Source: Shigella phage ESh24. From it: a stretch of 64,000 bases of DNA. The DNA is taken from sequence record ON528734; one strand, given 5' to 3'. Below the pieces are notes generated by a model, which was given only the letters and a program-made list of their open reading frames with translations, made no database searches and was not told the origin of the DNA. A program made the translations under genes and the position numbers. This document shows positions 1 to 10,708 of the stretch, piece after piece. Positions within the stretch are counted from its first letter, which is position 1. The number at the start of each line of letters is the position of its first letter.

Positions 1-137
1 GTAAAAGGTATTTTCGTAAGATCGTTAAGCTAGAAAAACAGTTTGTAACATGTGATTACACAGAAGTTTTAAAATAACTATTTACTTTTGTTGGAAATTG
101 AGATACTATATAAACATAAACTACTGAGGAGATTATC

Positions 138-431
138 ATGAAAAAATTTATCTTTGCCACAATTTTTGCTTTAGCTTCTTGTGCTGCTCAGCCTGCTATG
201 GCAGGTTATGATAAAGATTTGTGCGAATGGTCTATGACTGCTGATCAGACTGAGGTTGAAACTCAAATTGAAGCAGATATTATGAATATCGTTGAGCGCG
301 ATCGCCCTGAAATGAAAGCTGAAGTGCAAAAACAGCTTAAGTCTGGTGGTGTAATGCAGTATAATTATGTTCTGTATTGCGATAAAAACTTTAATAATAA
401 AAATATCATCGCTGAAGTGGTAGGTGAGTAA
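138..431 (+). CDS. sp: Spackle-like periplasmic protein (97 aa, N-terminal signal peptide)
   Basis: 97-aa ORF with signal peptide MKKFIFATIFALASCAAQPAMA; length and position (gene 61 cluster) match T4 sp as recalled. Confidence 0.6.
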   Translation: MKKFIFATIFALASCAAQPAMAGYDKDLCEWSMTADQTEVETQIEADIMNIVERDRPEMKAEVQKQLKSGGVMQYNYVLYCDKNFNNKNIIAEVVGE

Positions 432-444
432 TTAGAGGTTAAGT

Positions 445-801
445 ATGTATAGTTCTGAATTTTCATATTTAAAAATGGAAAAAATTTCATACGATTTTAT
501 AGATGAAAAGGTTTATTATAGTTTCCATGAACCACGTTTTAATAGTGAGGTTGGGTTTATTGTAGTAAAAGACAATTTTATTTTAAAAATATATTCAGCA
601 TTAAAGGATTTTCATTACGAAAATATTAACCTAAAATTTAATAAAGAAAACGTTCGTAATTGCGCAGTAACAATTACAGGAAATAAAGGTACATGTGTTA
701 TGCTATCTGATGAAATTAATGATTTGCTAAATGATGCAGAAAATATTACTGCGCCATCTATTGATGACCAAATTTTTAATGCTTTTATGAATAGAGGTTA
801 A
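445..801 (+). CDS. hypothetical protein (61.2-position ORF)
   Basis: 118-aa ORF tightly packed between sp and primase; AT-rich phage codon usage. Confidence 0.5.
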   Translation: MYSSEFSYLKMEKISYDFIDEKVYYSFHEPRFNSEVGFIVVKDNFILKIYSALKDFHYENINLKFNKENVRNCAVTITGNKGTCVMLSDEINDLLNDAENITAPSIDDQIFNAFMNRG

Positions 802-802
802 T

Positions 803-967
803 ATGAAAACATATAAAGAATTTATCAAAGAAGATATGGTCGCTGGAGATTCAGGTGGTAATCCTGAAAATATCTCTACTGGAACAACATCAGGTGCTGT
901 AGTAAATAAAGGTCCTGAACAGATTCCTAAAAAGAAAAAAGAGGAATCTAAAGAAAAAGAAGAGTAA
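803..967 (+). CDS. hypothetical small acidic/lysine-rich protein (61.1-position)
   Basis: 54-codon ORF ATG 803 to TAA 965-967, not in the >=60 aa track; ends 2 nt before primase ATG. Confidence 0.4.
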   Translation: MKTYKEFIKEDMVAGDSGGNPENISTGTTSGAVVNKGPEQIPKKKKEESKEKEE

Positions 968-969
968 AA

Positions 970-1998
970 ATGTCATCAATACCTTGGATTGATAATGAGT
1001 TTGCATACCGTGCATTAGCTCATTTACCTAAATTCACACAAGTAAATAATAGTTCAACTTTTAAATTGCGGTTTAGATGCCCAGTGTGTGGAGATTCAAA
1101 AACCGACCAGAATAAAGCTCGTGGATGGTATTATGGTGATAATAATGAAGGAAACATTCATTGTTATAACTGTAACTATCATGCACCAATCGGAATATAT
1201 TTAAAGGAGTTTGAACCTGATTTATATCGTGAGTATATCTTTGAAATAAGAAAAGAAAAAGGTAAAAGTCGTCCAGTAGAAAAACCTAAAGAACTTCCTA
1301 AACAACCTGAGAAGAAAATAATTAAATCTCTTCCGTCATGTGTTCGATTAGATAAACTGGCGGAAGACCATCCAATTATAAAATATGTAAAAGCTCGTTG
1401 TATTCCAAAGGATAAATGGAAATATCTTTGGTTTACAACCGAATGGCCTAAATTAGTTAATAGCATAGCACCGGGAACATATAAAAAGGAAATTTCTGAG
1501 CCTCGTCTTGTTATTCCAATTTATAATGCTAATGGAAAAGCTGAGTCTTTTCAAGGACGTGCATTAAAGAAAGATGCTCCTCAAAAATATATCACCATCA
1601 AAGCTTATCCTGAGGCAACAAAAATCTATGGAGTCGAACGAGTTAAAGATGGTGATGTATATGTTCTAGAAGGACCTATAGATTCGCTTTTTATTGAAAA
1701 TGGTATAGCTATTACGGGTGGTCAATTAGACCTAGAAATTGTTCCATTTAAAGATAGACGTGTGTGGGTTTTAGATAATGAACCTCGTCATCCTGACACT
1801 ATTAAGCGAATGACTAAATTAGTTGATGCAGGAGAAAGGGTTATGTTTTGGGATAAATCTCCCTGGAAATCAAAAGATGTTAATGATATGATTAGAAAGG
1901 AAGGTGCAACCCCTGAACAAATTATGGAATATATGAAAAATAATATTGCCCAGGGGTTAATGGCTAAAATGCGGTTATCTAAATATGCTAAGATTTAA
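970..1998 (+). CDS. 61: DNA primase gp61
   Basis: 342 aa, N-terminal zinc ribbon CPVCGD...CYNC; length and sequence match T4 gp61 as recalled. Confidence 0.9.
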   Translation: MSSIPWIDNEFAYRALAHLPKFTQVNNSSTFKLRFRCPVCGDSKTDQNKARGWYYGDNNEGNIHCYNCNYHAPIGIYLKEFEPDLYREYIFEIRKEKGKSRPVEKPKELPKQPEKKIIKSLPSCVRLDKLAEDHPIIKYVKARCIPKDKWKYLWFTTEWPKLVNSIAPGTYKKEISEPRLVIPIYNANGKAESFQGRALKKDAPQKYITIKAYPEATKIYGVERVKDGDVYVLEGPIDSLFIENGIAITGGQLDLEIVPFKDRRVWVLDNEPRHPDTIKRMTKLVDAGERVMFWDKSPWKSKDVNDMIRKEGATPEQIMEYMKNNIAQGLMAKMRLSKYAKI

Positions 1999-2195
1999 AT
2001 TAACCCAACTAAAGCAAATGCTAAATCTACGAATGTATCAAGAGTAACTACTGGAATACTAACGCCATGAGCAATAGCAACTGGCGATAAAACAAAATTC
2101 CAAAGTAAAATTCCTATCATAGCAGAAATAGTAAAAGCTATACGTTTCTTATTACCTTTTATGGCATTAACAAGTGCCATTAATTTTTGTACCAT
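1995..2195 (-). CDS. hypothetical small hydrophobic protein (antisense to the gene 61 / dam-region early unit)
   Basis: 66-aa ORF, strong SD AGGAGG 7 nt upstream of ATG, near-consensus late-promoter box upstream on minus strand; two predicted TM stretches. Confidence 0.3.
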   Translation of the reverse strand: MVQKLMALVNAIKGNKKRIAFTISAMIGILLWNFVLSPVAIAHGVSIPVVTLDTFVDLAFALVGLI

Positions 2196-2285
2196 ATGTC
2201 CTCCTTTAAATTAATATTTATCATAAATTTGTTTACTTTCTCAGCTTGTTATGGTATTATAAAATAAATTGCTGAGGATGATATA

Positions 2286-3625
<1,340 letters not shown>

Positions 3626-3685
3626 TTGCTTACATATTCAAATGATATAATTATTTAACTTATTAATGAATTGAAAGGAAAAATA

Positions 3686-4204
3686 ATGGCTCACTTTAAT
3701 GAATGTTCACAACTGATCGAAGGCGCTGATAAAGCTCAAAATGAATATTGGGATATTCTCGGTGATGAAAAAGACCCGCTGCAGGTTATGCTTGACATGC
3801 AGAAATCTTTGCAGGTTCGTTTAGCTAAAGATAAACCTGAATATAACCGTCATCCTGATGATTTGGCTACTGCAGGTGAAGTTGTTGATTGGCTGCGTAA
3901 TCAGAAAGATTATATTGACGATGAATTCCGTGAACTTCTGACTTCTCTTGGTGGTATGAGTAATGGTGAAAAAGACGCATCTGCTGTATGGAAACCTTGG
4001 AAGTCGCAGCATGGTGAACGTCGTGAAACTCTGATTACTGATTTGTCTCCACAGGACCAGTTAGAAATCAAATTCGAAATGATTGATATTCTCCATTTTG
4101 TTCTGAACATGTTTCAAGGTCTTGGTCTTACAGCAGAAGAAATCTTTAAACTTTATTATCTGAAAAATGCTGAAAATTTCGCTCGTCAAGACCGAGGTTA
4201 TTAA
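3686..4204 (+). CDS. 56: dCTPase/dUTPase gp56 (MazG-like)
   Basis: ATG at 3686 with RBS AAAGGA; 171 aa; sequence recalled as T4 gp56. Confidence 0.85.
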   Translation: MAHFNECSQLIEGADKAQNEYWDILGDEKDPLQVMLDMQKSLQVRLAKDKPEYNRHPDDLATAGEVVDWLRNQKDYIDDEFRELLTSLGGMSNGEKDASAVWKPWKSQHGERRETLITDLSPQDQLEIKFEMIDILHFVLNMFQGLGLTAEEIFKLYYLKNAENFARQDRGY

Positions 4205-4234
4205 CAGCTCGTCTTAAAAGCCGCGAGAATTTAT

Positions 4235-4242
4235 TATAAATA
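4235..4242 (+). promoter_or_regulatory. late promoter TATAAATA upstream of soc
   Basis: exact TATAAATA about 30 nt upstream of soc ATG. Confidence 0.6.
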
Positions 4243-4272
4243 ATCATGTAATTTAAATAAAAGGAGAATTAC

Positions 4273-4518
4273 ATGGCTAGTACTCGCGGTTATGTTAATA
4301 TCAAAACATTTGAGCAGAAATTAGATGGAAATAAGAAAATTGAAGGAAAGGAAATTTCAGTAGCTTTCCCTCTTTATTCTGACGTTCACAAAATTTCTGG
4401 TGCTCATTACCAGACGTTCCCTTCAGAAAAAGCAGCATATACTACTGTATATGAAGAAAATCAGCGTACTGAATGGATTGCTGCAAACGAAGATTTGTGG
4501 AAAGTAACTGGTGGTTAA
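4273..4518 (+). CDS. soc: small outer capsid protein Soc
   Basis: 80-aa product MASTRGYVNIKTFEQ...; matches T4 Soc as recalled. Confidence 0.9.
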   Translation: MASTRGYVNIKTFEQKLDGNKKIEGKEISVAFPLYSDVHKISGAHYQTFPSEKAAYTTVYEENQRTEWIAANEDLWKVTGG

Positions 4519-4526
4519 TAATTCAA

Positions 4527-4549
4527 GGACTCCTTCGGGAGTCCTTTTT
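4527..4549 (+). terminator. intrinsic terminator hairpin (UUCG tetraloop) after soc
   Basis: GGACTCCTTCGGGAGTCC followed by T-run. Confidence 0.7.
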
Positions 4550-4559
4550 CATTTAAACG

Positions 4560-4589
4560 GTTTACTTTCCAAAATGAGTATGGTATAAT
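4560..4589 (+). promoter_or_regulatory. T4-type early promoter (GTTTAC -35 / TATAAT -10, 18-bp spacing)
   Basis: GTTTAC at 4560-4565, TGGTATAAT at 4581-4589. Confidence 0.6.
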
Positions 4590-4615
4590 AAAATTATCTT
4601 ATAGAGGAGAGCACT

Positions 4616-4828
4616 ATGTTAAATCGTTGGATTAAACCAAATGAAGACCTCCAGAAGGTTCTTGATAAAGCTATCTCTGATAAATGGGGTATGAAAAGCT
4701 GGGATTGCGATGTCGTTACGCATTCATTCATGATGCATGCAGATGGTTCAGTCGAGTTCAATGCTGAAATGCGATACACTGACTGGGGTGGATTTCAAAG
4801 AGTCGAATTTCAAAGAGGCTTTTTGTAA
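4616..4828 (+). CDS. hypothetical protein
   Basis: 70-aa ORF with RBS GAGGAG; first of a 7-ORF array between soc and modB. Confidence 0.5.
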   Translation: MLNRWIKPNEDLQKVLDKAISDKWGMKSWDCDVVTHSFMMHADGSVEFNAEMRYTDWGGFQRVEFQRGFL

Positions 4829-5166
4829 TGTTTATCTTTAATTGGTTTAAAAGTTTCTTTACGGATTTTTTCTCTACGACTCCTGGGGAAGGTGTAGTTC
4901 CTATTTCAAATGACTACCTTCCTTTAACTGTAGTTGAGTATGTTTATATGGGAGATGGAACAGTAGAAGAAGTTACTATGACTTATGAAGAAGCCCAAGA
5001 ATATTATAAAAATCCTTGGCGCTGGTCAGTACCTACATCATCTAACACACAGAATACACAGTCTAGTTCTGATTCATATGATACTAATGTTCCTGTTCAT
5101 GTATGGGCGGGTGATTCATGCGGAAGTTCTTGTGATTCTGGCTGTTCATCTACATCTTGTGATTGA
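4828..5166 (+). CDS. hypothetical protein with Cys/Ser-rich C-terminal tail
   Basis: 112 aa; start overlaps previous stop (TAATG); C-terminus [16 protein letters not shown]. Confidence 0.5.
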   Translation: MFIFNWFKSFFTDFFSTTPGEGVVPISNDYLPLTVVEYVYMGDGTVEEVTMTYEEAQEYYKNPWRWSVPTSSNTQNTQSSSDSYDTNVPVHVWAGDSCGSSCDSGCSSTSCD

Positions 5167-5174
5167 GGAAAATT

Positions 5175-5660
5175 ATGGAAGCGATTTTGTTTGAAATGTA
5201 TATTAGCAGTAATAGCATGTCGTTTGCTAAAGATGTTCCAATTACTGTAGCCGTAATGATTGATAAGGGTTATTGTGACCCAATGTATCTCGTAGAAAAT
5301 TTCGTTTCAATGCCAGTTCCAGAAGATGCTGAAATAAAACTTAAAAAGATCGGAATTATTGAAACTGTGCCAAATATTCCGTTTAGAGCAATTGAAGCAT
5401 TTACTAAATCCGAATACATTAATGTTAACACAGAAAAATATAATGATAAACCTTTATCTTTCTATTCATATGATTCAGTATATAGTTGGAAAATAGATAA
5501 AGGAAATAAATTTATAATTGTGAGTGAAGACGCTTTATCATACTTTATTTCTTCTGTATGGAATATTTTAAATCCAAATTTGCTAAAAATTCATGAATTT
5601 GACGGTGTCCATACTATTGTTTTAGGTAAAATAAATGAAAGCTCTCAAGAAGATTCTTGA
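5175..5660 (+). CDS. hypothetical protein
   Basis: 161 aa from ATG 5175 with RBS GAGGAAAA (track ORF begins at TTG 5163). Confidence 0.5.
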   Translation: MEAILFEMYISSNSMSFAKDVPITVAVMIDKGYCDPMYLVENFVSMPVPEDAEIKLKKIGIIETVPNIPFRAIEAFTKSEYINVNTEKYNDKPLSFYSYDSVYSWKIDKGNKFIIVSEDALSYFISSVWNILNPNLLKIHEFDGVHTIVLGKINESSQEDS

Positions 5661-5838
5661 ATGGTTCAATAGACCAAACTCAATGTATATTGATGATGGT
5701 TGGGTTGAACAGGCAAATAAAGAAATGCAGAATGAATCGGAAGAATGGATGAAATCAATGATTAGTGCTGAGAAAGAAAAGAAATTAGAGCGCTCAGCGC
5801 TTAAATTGATGAGAGACATCTATGGGGATAAATCGTGA
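5635..5838 (+). CDS. hypothetical protein
   Basis: 67-aa ORF overlapping end of previous ORF. Confidence 0.4.
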
Positions 5839-5846
5839 ACAAAGAT

Positions 5847-5996
5847 ATGACGTTAGAAGAGGCTAAAGCAAAAGCAAATGAAGCAATGGATTTGCTTCTT
5901 AAAATCGGCAGTAAAATGATGGAAGAAAATGAGAAATATATCCAGGAAAACAAAATTCCCGATGGTCCATTAGTAGGCAAAAGGAAATCACATGAT
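5847..5996 (+). CDS. hypothetical small protein
   Basis: 49-codon ORF filling the gap between flanking ORFs; below track cutoff. Confidence 0.3.
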
Positions 5997-6462
5997 TGAA
6001 GTAGCAAAATTATATTCAATAGAATTTATGTCTAAAGAAGGTAAATCAGTAAATACACTTGATAAAAAATGCTCATTAATTATTCCTTTAGCAGAAAATC
6101 CGGATATTTTAATTAAAGATATAAAAGAAAGAAAATATCCAGAAAATGTTATTCTAATTATAAAGCATACTGAAGATATTTTGCAAAATACAGATTCACC
6201 ATTTTCTTCTTCTGAAGCTTTAACTATTAAAGGCTATAAAAGAGCTCATGAATATGGTCTTTTTGACATGTTTGAAGACGATAAAGTTAAATTAGCGAGT
6301 CAACCTTCTAAAAGTAAAACATTCATTATTGAAGATATTAAAGATATAAATGCATTTGTTAGGATGGTCTGGGCTCATTTTGATGTTGGACTACGCTGGA
6401 GAATGTCCGAAGAAGAAAGAAAGATTGTTGAAGCTAATCGTCAATTTGGTTTTTATCGCTAG
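5992..6462 (+). CDS. hypothetical protein
   Basis: 156-aa ORF. Confidence 0.5.
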
Positions 6463-6470
6463 GAATTAAT

Positions 6471-6653
6471 ATGGATTTATTTGAGATGTTAGAAGATAAT
6501 CATTCTACGAATAACCAGAATGATTCTAGTGATTATAAGAAAGAGTACCGTATAGTATTACAGAATTATGGAATTGAAGCCCCAGATGCTCTTCTAGAAG
6601 AACTAGCTTCATACCATCTTGACCCTCCGCCTTGGGCTCCCTGGGCAAAATAA
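6471..6653 (+). CDS. hypothetical small acidic protein
   Basis: 60-aa ORF. Confidence 0.4.
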   Translation: MDLFEMLEDNHSTNNQNDSSDYKKEYRIVLQNYGIEAPDALLEELASYHLDPPPWAPWAK

Positions 6654-6664
6654 TTCAAAAAGTT

Positions 6665-6694
6665 GTTTACTTTCCTTTCTAACGATGATATGAT
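6665..6694 (+). promoter_or_regulatory. T4-type early promoter upstream of modB
   Basis: GTTTAC 6665-6670, TATGAT 6689-6694. Confidence 0.55.
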
Positions 6695-6720
6695 AGCTTC
6701 TGAAGTATACGGAGGCTATC

Positions 6721-7344
6721 ATGATTATTAATCCTGCAGATGTTGAACAGTTATCTATAAAAGCTGAAAGCGTTGATTTTCAATATGATATGTATAAAAA
6801 AGTCTGTGAAAAATTTACTGACTTTGAGCAGTCTGTTCTTTGGCAATGTATGGAAGCCAAAAAGAATGAAGCTCTTCACAGACAGTTGAATAAAATCATT
6901 AAAAAGCATTTAACTAAATCGCCATATCAGTTATATCGTGGTATATCAAAATCGACAAAAGAGCTCATTAAAGATTTACAAGTTGGAGAAGTGTTTTCAA
7001 CGAACAGAGTAGATTCATTTACTACTAGTTTGCACACAGCATGCGGTTTTTCTTATGTTGAGTATTTCACTGAAATAATATTTCGCTTAAAAACTGATAA
7101 AGCTTTTAATTACTCTGACCATATCAGCGATATTATACTTTCTTCTCCTAATACTGAGTTTAAGTACACGTATGAAGATACTGATGGGTTAGATTCAGAA
7201 AGAACTGATAACTTAATGATGATTGTGCGTGAACAAGAATGGATGATTCCAATTGGAAAGTATAAAATAACTTCTATTTCAAAAGAAAAATTACACGATT
7301 CATTTGGAACATTTAAAGTGTATGATATTGAGGTAGTTGAATGA
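6721..7344 (+). CDS. modB: ADP-ribosyltransferase ModB
   Basis: 207 aa; R-S-E ART signature (YRG, STN, EQEWMIP); order and length match T4 ModB. Confidence 0.7.
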   Translation: MIINPADVEQLSIKAESVDFQYDMYKKVCEKFTDFEQSVLWQCMEAKKNEALHRQLNKIIKKHLTKSPYQLYRGISKSTKELIKDLQVGEVFSTNRVDSFTTSLHTACGFSYVEYFTEIIFRLKTDKAFNYSDHISDIILSSPNTEFKYTYEDTDGLDSERTDNLMMIVREQEWMIPIGKYKITSISKEKLHDSFGTFKVYDIEVVE

Positions 7345-7943
7345 AATACTCAGTAATGCAATTAAAAGATTTTAAAATAAAATCAATGGATGCATCGGTG
7401 CGTGCTTCTATTCGTGAAGAATTACTTTCTGAAGGGTTTAATTTATCTGAAATTGAACTTTTAATTCATTGTATTACCAACAAACCAGATGACCATACTT
7501 GGTTAAATGAAATAATTAAATCTCGTTTGGTTCCAAACGATAAACCTCTTTGGAGAGGTGTTCCAGCTGAGACTAAGCAGGTGTTAAATCAAGGAATTGA
7601 TATTATTACATTTGATAAAGTCGTATCAGCTTCATATGATAAAAATATAGCTCTACATTTTGCTTCCGGTTTAGAGTATAACACACAGGTTATTTTTGAA
7701 TTCAAAGCTCCTATGGTATTCAATTTCCAGGAGTATGCTATAAAAGCTCTACGCTGTAAAGAATACAATCCAAACTTTAAGTTTCCGGATAGCCATCGTT
7801 ATCGTAATATGGAATTAGTTTCAGATGAACAAGAAGTAATGATACCAGCTGGAAGTGTATTTAGAATTGCAGATAGATATGAGTATAAAAAGTATTCAAC
7901 ATACACTATCTATACTCTTGATTTTGAAGGATTTAATCTATAA
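7341..7943 (+). CDS. modA: ADP-ribosyltransferase ModA
   Basis: 200 aa; LWRG, SAS, EQEVMIP motifs; paralog of adjacent ModB. Confidence 0.7.
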   Translation: MKYSVMQLKDFKIKSMDASVRASIREELLSEGFNLSEIELLIHCITNKPDDHTWLNEIIKSRLVPNDKPLWRGVPAETKQVLNQGIDIITFDKVVSASYDKNIALHFASGLEYNTQVIFEFKAPMVFNFQEYAIKALRCKEYNPNFKFPDSHRYRNMELVSDEQEVMIPAGSVFRIADRYEYKKYSTYTIYTLDFEGFNL

Positions 7944-7999
7944 TGGAAGGACTTAGATTCATTATACCACGAAAGTTTTAAAGCATTTTACATAAAGTT

Positions 8000-8029
8000 G
8001 TTTACAAGTTAAAGTAAAAATGTTATAGT
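8000..8029 (+). promoter_or_regulatory. T4-type early promoter upstream of srd
   Basis: GTTTAC 8000-8005, TATAGT 8024-8029. Confidence 0.5.
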
Positions 8030-8065
8030 ATAGTAGTCAAACCGTCCGTAAGATGTGAGAAAAAT

Positions 8066-8812
8066 ATGAAACTGTCTAATAATCAAATTCGTAAAATTAA
8101 ACGTCGTTTAGAGCATACTCAGGCATCTGCTAAAAGACGTTCTAAAGATTTTAACTTAGACTTCAATTACATTAAGAACATTTTAGACCAAAAAGTTTGC
8201 GCTTACTCGGGAGAACCTTTTGATAATCGTATTGAAGGAGAGAAATTATCATTAGAACGTTTTGATAATAACATTGGATACATTAAAGGGAATGTTATTG
8301 CAGTAAAGAAAAAGTATAATACATTTCGTTCTGATTATACTTTAGAAGAGTTGATTGAAAAACGGGATTTATTTGCTTTGCGAATTGGTCGTTCATCTGC
8401 GAAAAAAGTTCATAAACTAAATTTAGATGAAAAGAAATGGGCTAAAATCAAAAAGACTTATAATCAAATTAAAGCTATACAGAAAAAACGTGAAAACCGA
8501 ATTGAACACATTTCTCAGCTTTCTAAATCAAAACAAACCGCTGATATTAAATTAACTATTGTAGCACTTAAAGCTCGTATTGATGGTTCTCGTATAGCAG
8601 AAGGCGCTGAAGTTGTTAAATTGAACGTTCTTCTTAAAGGCTCGGATTGGAAAATTGTGAAAAAGTTGTCAGAAGCAGAAATGCAATATGACATGTGTGA
8701 TAAAATTATTCAAGGTGTAGAGCGGTATCAAAACTTGTCTTTTATTGATAAACTTAAACTGAAAAGAGGATACCCGCTAAATTGTTCAATTTTTAAACTT
8801 ATCCGAGGATAA
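8066..8812 (+). CDS. srd: Srd-like protein (sigma-related, decoy of host sigma factors)
   Basis: 248-aa basic protein in the position of srd between modA and dda.1. Confidence 0.5.
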   Translation: MKLSNNQIRKIKRRLEHTQASAKRRSKDFNLDFNYIKNILDQKVCAYSGEPFDNRIEGEKLSLERFDNNIGYIKGNVIAVKKKYNTFRSDYTLEELIEKRDLFALRIGRSSAKKVHKLNLDEKKWAKIKKTYNQIKAIQKKRENRIEHISQLSKSKQTADIKLTIVALKARIDGSRIAEGAEVVKLNVLLKGSDWKIVKKLSEAEMQYDMCDKIIQGVERYQNLSFIDKLKLKRGYPLNCSIFKLIRG

Positions 8813-8813
8813 T

Positions 8814-9125
8814 ATGGTTTATGTATATGCGATAGTGTATAGAGATAAGGATGGATTTACGGCACCAGTTCCACTTGATGAACATCGTCCTGCTGTATTT
8901 TTTGAATGGAATATTGCTGATAAAGTATTTACCACTCTTAAAGAGCAGTATCAACTAGCTTTAGGTAAGGGAATTCCAAGATTAGTTGAGACTCCACGTA
9001 AATTTTGGTTTAATAAAATAGAAGTTAAACATGTTAAGCCTGATGTAGACACACAAAGATTATATCAGCGAATTTTAGATACTGGGCGTATTGTTAGTAT
9101 TCCAATTGCAGGGACTTTCCGATGA
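8814..9125 (+). CDS. hypothetical protein (dda.1 position)
   Basis: 103-aa ORF immediately upstream of dda, overlapping starts. Confidence 0.5.
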   Translation: MVYVYAIVYRDKDGFTAPVPLDEHRPAVFFEWNIADKVFTTLKEQYQLALGKGIPRLVETPRKFWFNKIEVKHVKPDVDTQRLYQRILDTGRIVSIPIAGTFR

Positions 9126-10441
9126 CATTTGATGATTTGACCGAAGGCCAGAAAAATGCCTTTAACATTGTTATGAGGGCTATTAAAGAAAAGAAACATC
9201 ATGTAACTATTAATGGACCTGCTGGTACTGGTAAGACTACTCTTACTAAGTTCATCATTGAAGCTTTAATATCTACGGGTGAAACTGGTATTATTTTAGC
9301 AGCTCCTACTCATGCAGCTAAAAAGATTCTTTCAAAACTGTCGGGGAAAGAAGCGAGTACTATTCACAGTATTCTTAAAATTAACCCAGTAACATATGAA
9401 GAAAATGTTCTTTTTGAACAGAAGGAAGTGCCAGATTTAGCTAAATGTAGGGTATTAATCTGCGACGAAGTGTCAATGTATGATAGAAAGCTATTTAAAA
9501 TTCTGCTTTCAACTATCCCGCCGTGGTGTACTATAATTGGAATAGGTGATAATAAGCAAATTAGACCTGTTGACCCAGGAGAAAACACTGCTTATATCAG
9601 TCCATTCTTTACACACAAAGATTTTTATCAGTGTGAACTTACTGAAGTTAAACGCAGTAATGCTCCTATTATTGATGTAGCTACTGATGTTCGCAACGGT
9701 AAGTGGATTTATGATAAAGTTGTTGACGGTCATGGAGTACGTGGATTTACTGGTGATACCGCTTTACGTGATTTTATGGTAAATTATTTTTCAATCGTCA
9801 AATCACTAGATGATTTGTTTGAAAATCGCGTAATGGCATTTACGAATAAATCTGTTGATAAGTTAAATAGCATTATTCGTAAAAAGATTTTTGAAACTGA
9901 TAAAGATTTTATTGTCGGTGAAATTATTGTAATGCAGGAACCATTAATTAAAACATATAAAATTGATGGAAAGCCTGTATCAGAAATTATTTTTAATAAC
10001 GGACAATTAGTTCGTATTATAGAAGCAGAGTATACATCAACATTTGTTAAAGCTCGTGGTGTTCCTGGAGAATATCTAATTCGTCATTGGGATTTAACAG
10101 TAGAAACTTACGGCGATGATGAATATTATCGTGAAAAGATTAAAATAATTTCATCTGATGAAGAGCTGTATAAGTTTAACTTATTTTTAGGTAAAACAGC
10201 AGAAACTTATAAGAACTGGAATAAAGGCGGAAAAGCTCCGTGGAGTGATTTTTGGGATGCTAAATCACAGTTCAGTAAAGTGAAAGCACTTCCTGCATCA
10301 ACATTCCATAAAGCGCAGGGCATGTCTGTAGACCGTGCTTTCATTTATACGCCTTGTATTCATTATGCAGATGCTGAATTGGCTCAACAACTTCTTTATG
10401 TTGGTGTTACCCGTGGTCGTTATGATGTGTTTTATGTATGA
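9122..10441 (+). CDS. dda: Dda SF1B DNA helicase
   Basis: 439 aa; Walker A GPAGTGKTT; length matches T4 Dda. Confidence 0.9.
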   Translation: MTFDDLTEGQKNAFNIVMRAIKEKKHHVTINGPAGTGKTTLTKFIIEALISTGETGIILAAPTHAAKKILSKLSGKEASTIHSILKINPVTYEENVLFEQKEVPDLAKCRVLICDEVSMYDRKLFKILLSTIPPWCTIIGIGDNKQIRPVDPGENTAYISPFFTHKDFYQCELTEVKRSNAPIIDVATDVRNGKWIYDKVVDGHGVRGFTGDTALRDFMVNYFSIVKSLDDLFENRVMAFTNKSVDKLNSIIRKKIFETDKDFIVGEIIVMQEPLIKTYKIDGKPVSEIIFNNGQLVRIIEAEYTSTFVKARGVPGEYLIRHWDLTVETYGDDEYYREKIKIISSDEELYKFNLFLGKTAETYKNWNKGGKAPWSDFWDAKSQFSKVKALPASTFHKAQGMSVDRAFIYTPCIHYADAELAQQLLYVGVTRGRYDVFYV

Positions 10442-10462
10442 TTAAATTTGAGGAAGCTATTC

Positions 10463-10708
10463 GTGGAAATAACTAAAGACCAGTTTTATCTACTTCAAGA
10501 TAAAGTGAGCGAAATATATGAAATAGCTTATAGTAAAAATTATAGAAATGTAAAAATTGAATCAGGCAAGTTAATGCTTCAATTGGAAGAAATTGAACGA
10601 GATTTGATTGCGTTAGAATTCTTTTGTGGTGAAGTGAAAACTGTTACAATCAGTGATTACATTTTAGGTGAAATTAGCCATCTTTATAAGGTGATTATTA
10701 ATGTTTGA
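10463..10708 (+). CDS. hypothetical protein (dexA.2 position)
   Basis: ORF with probable GTG start 10463 after RBS GAGGAAG. Confidence 0.4.
   Translation: MEITKDQFYLLQDKVSEIYEIAYSKNYRNVKIESGKLMLQLEEIERDLIALEFFCGEVKTVTISDYILGEISHLYKVIINV

Noticed and set aside
1179-1466. 95-aa antisense ORF inside primase gene 61
   Set aside because: Fully embedded in a confident gene on the opposite strand; no RBS or promoter.
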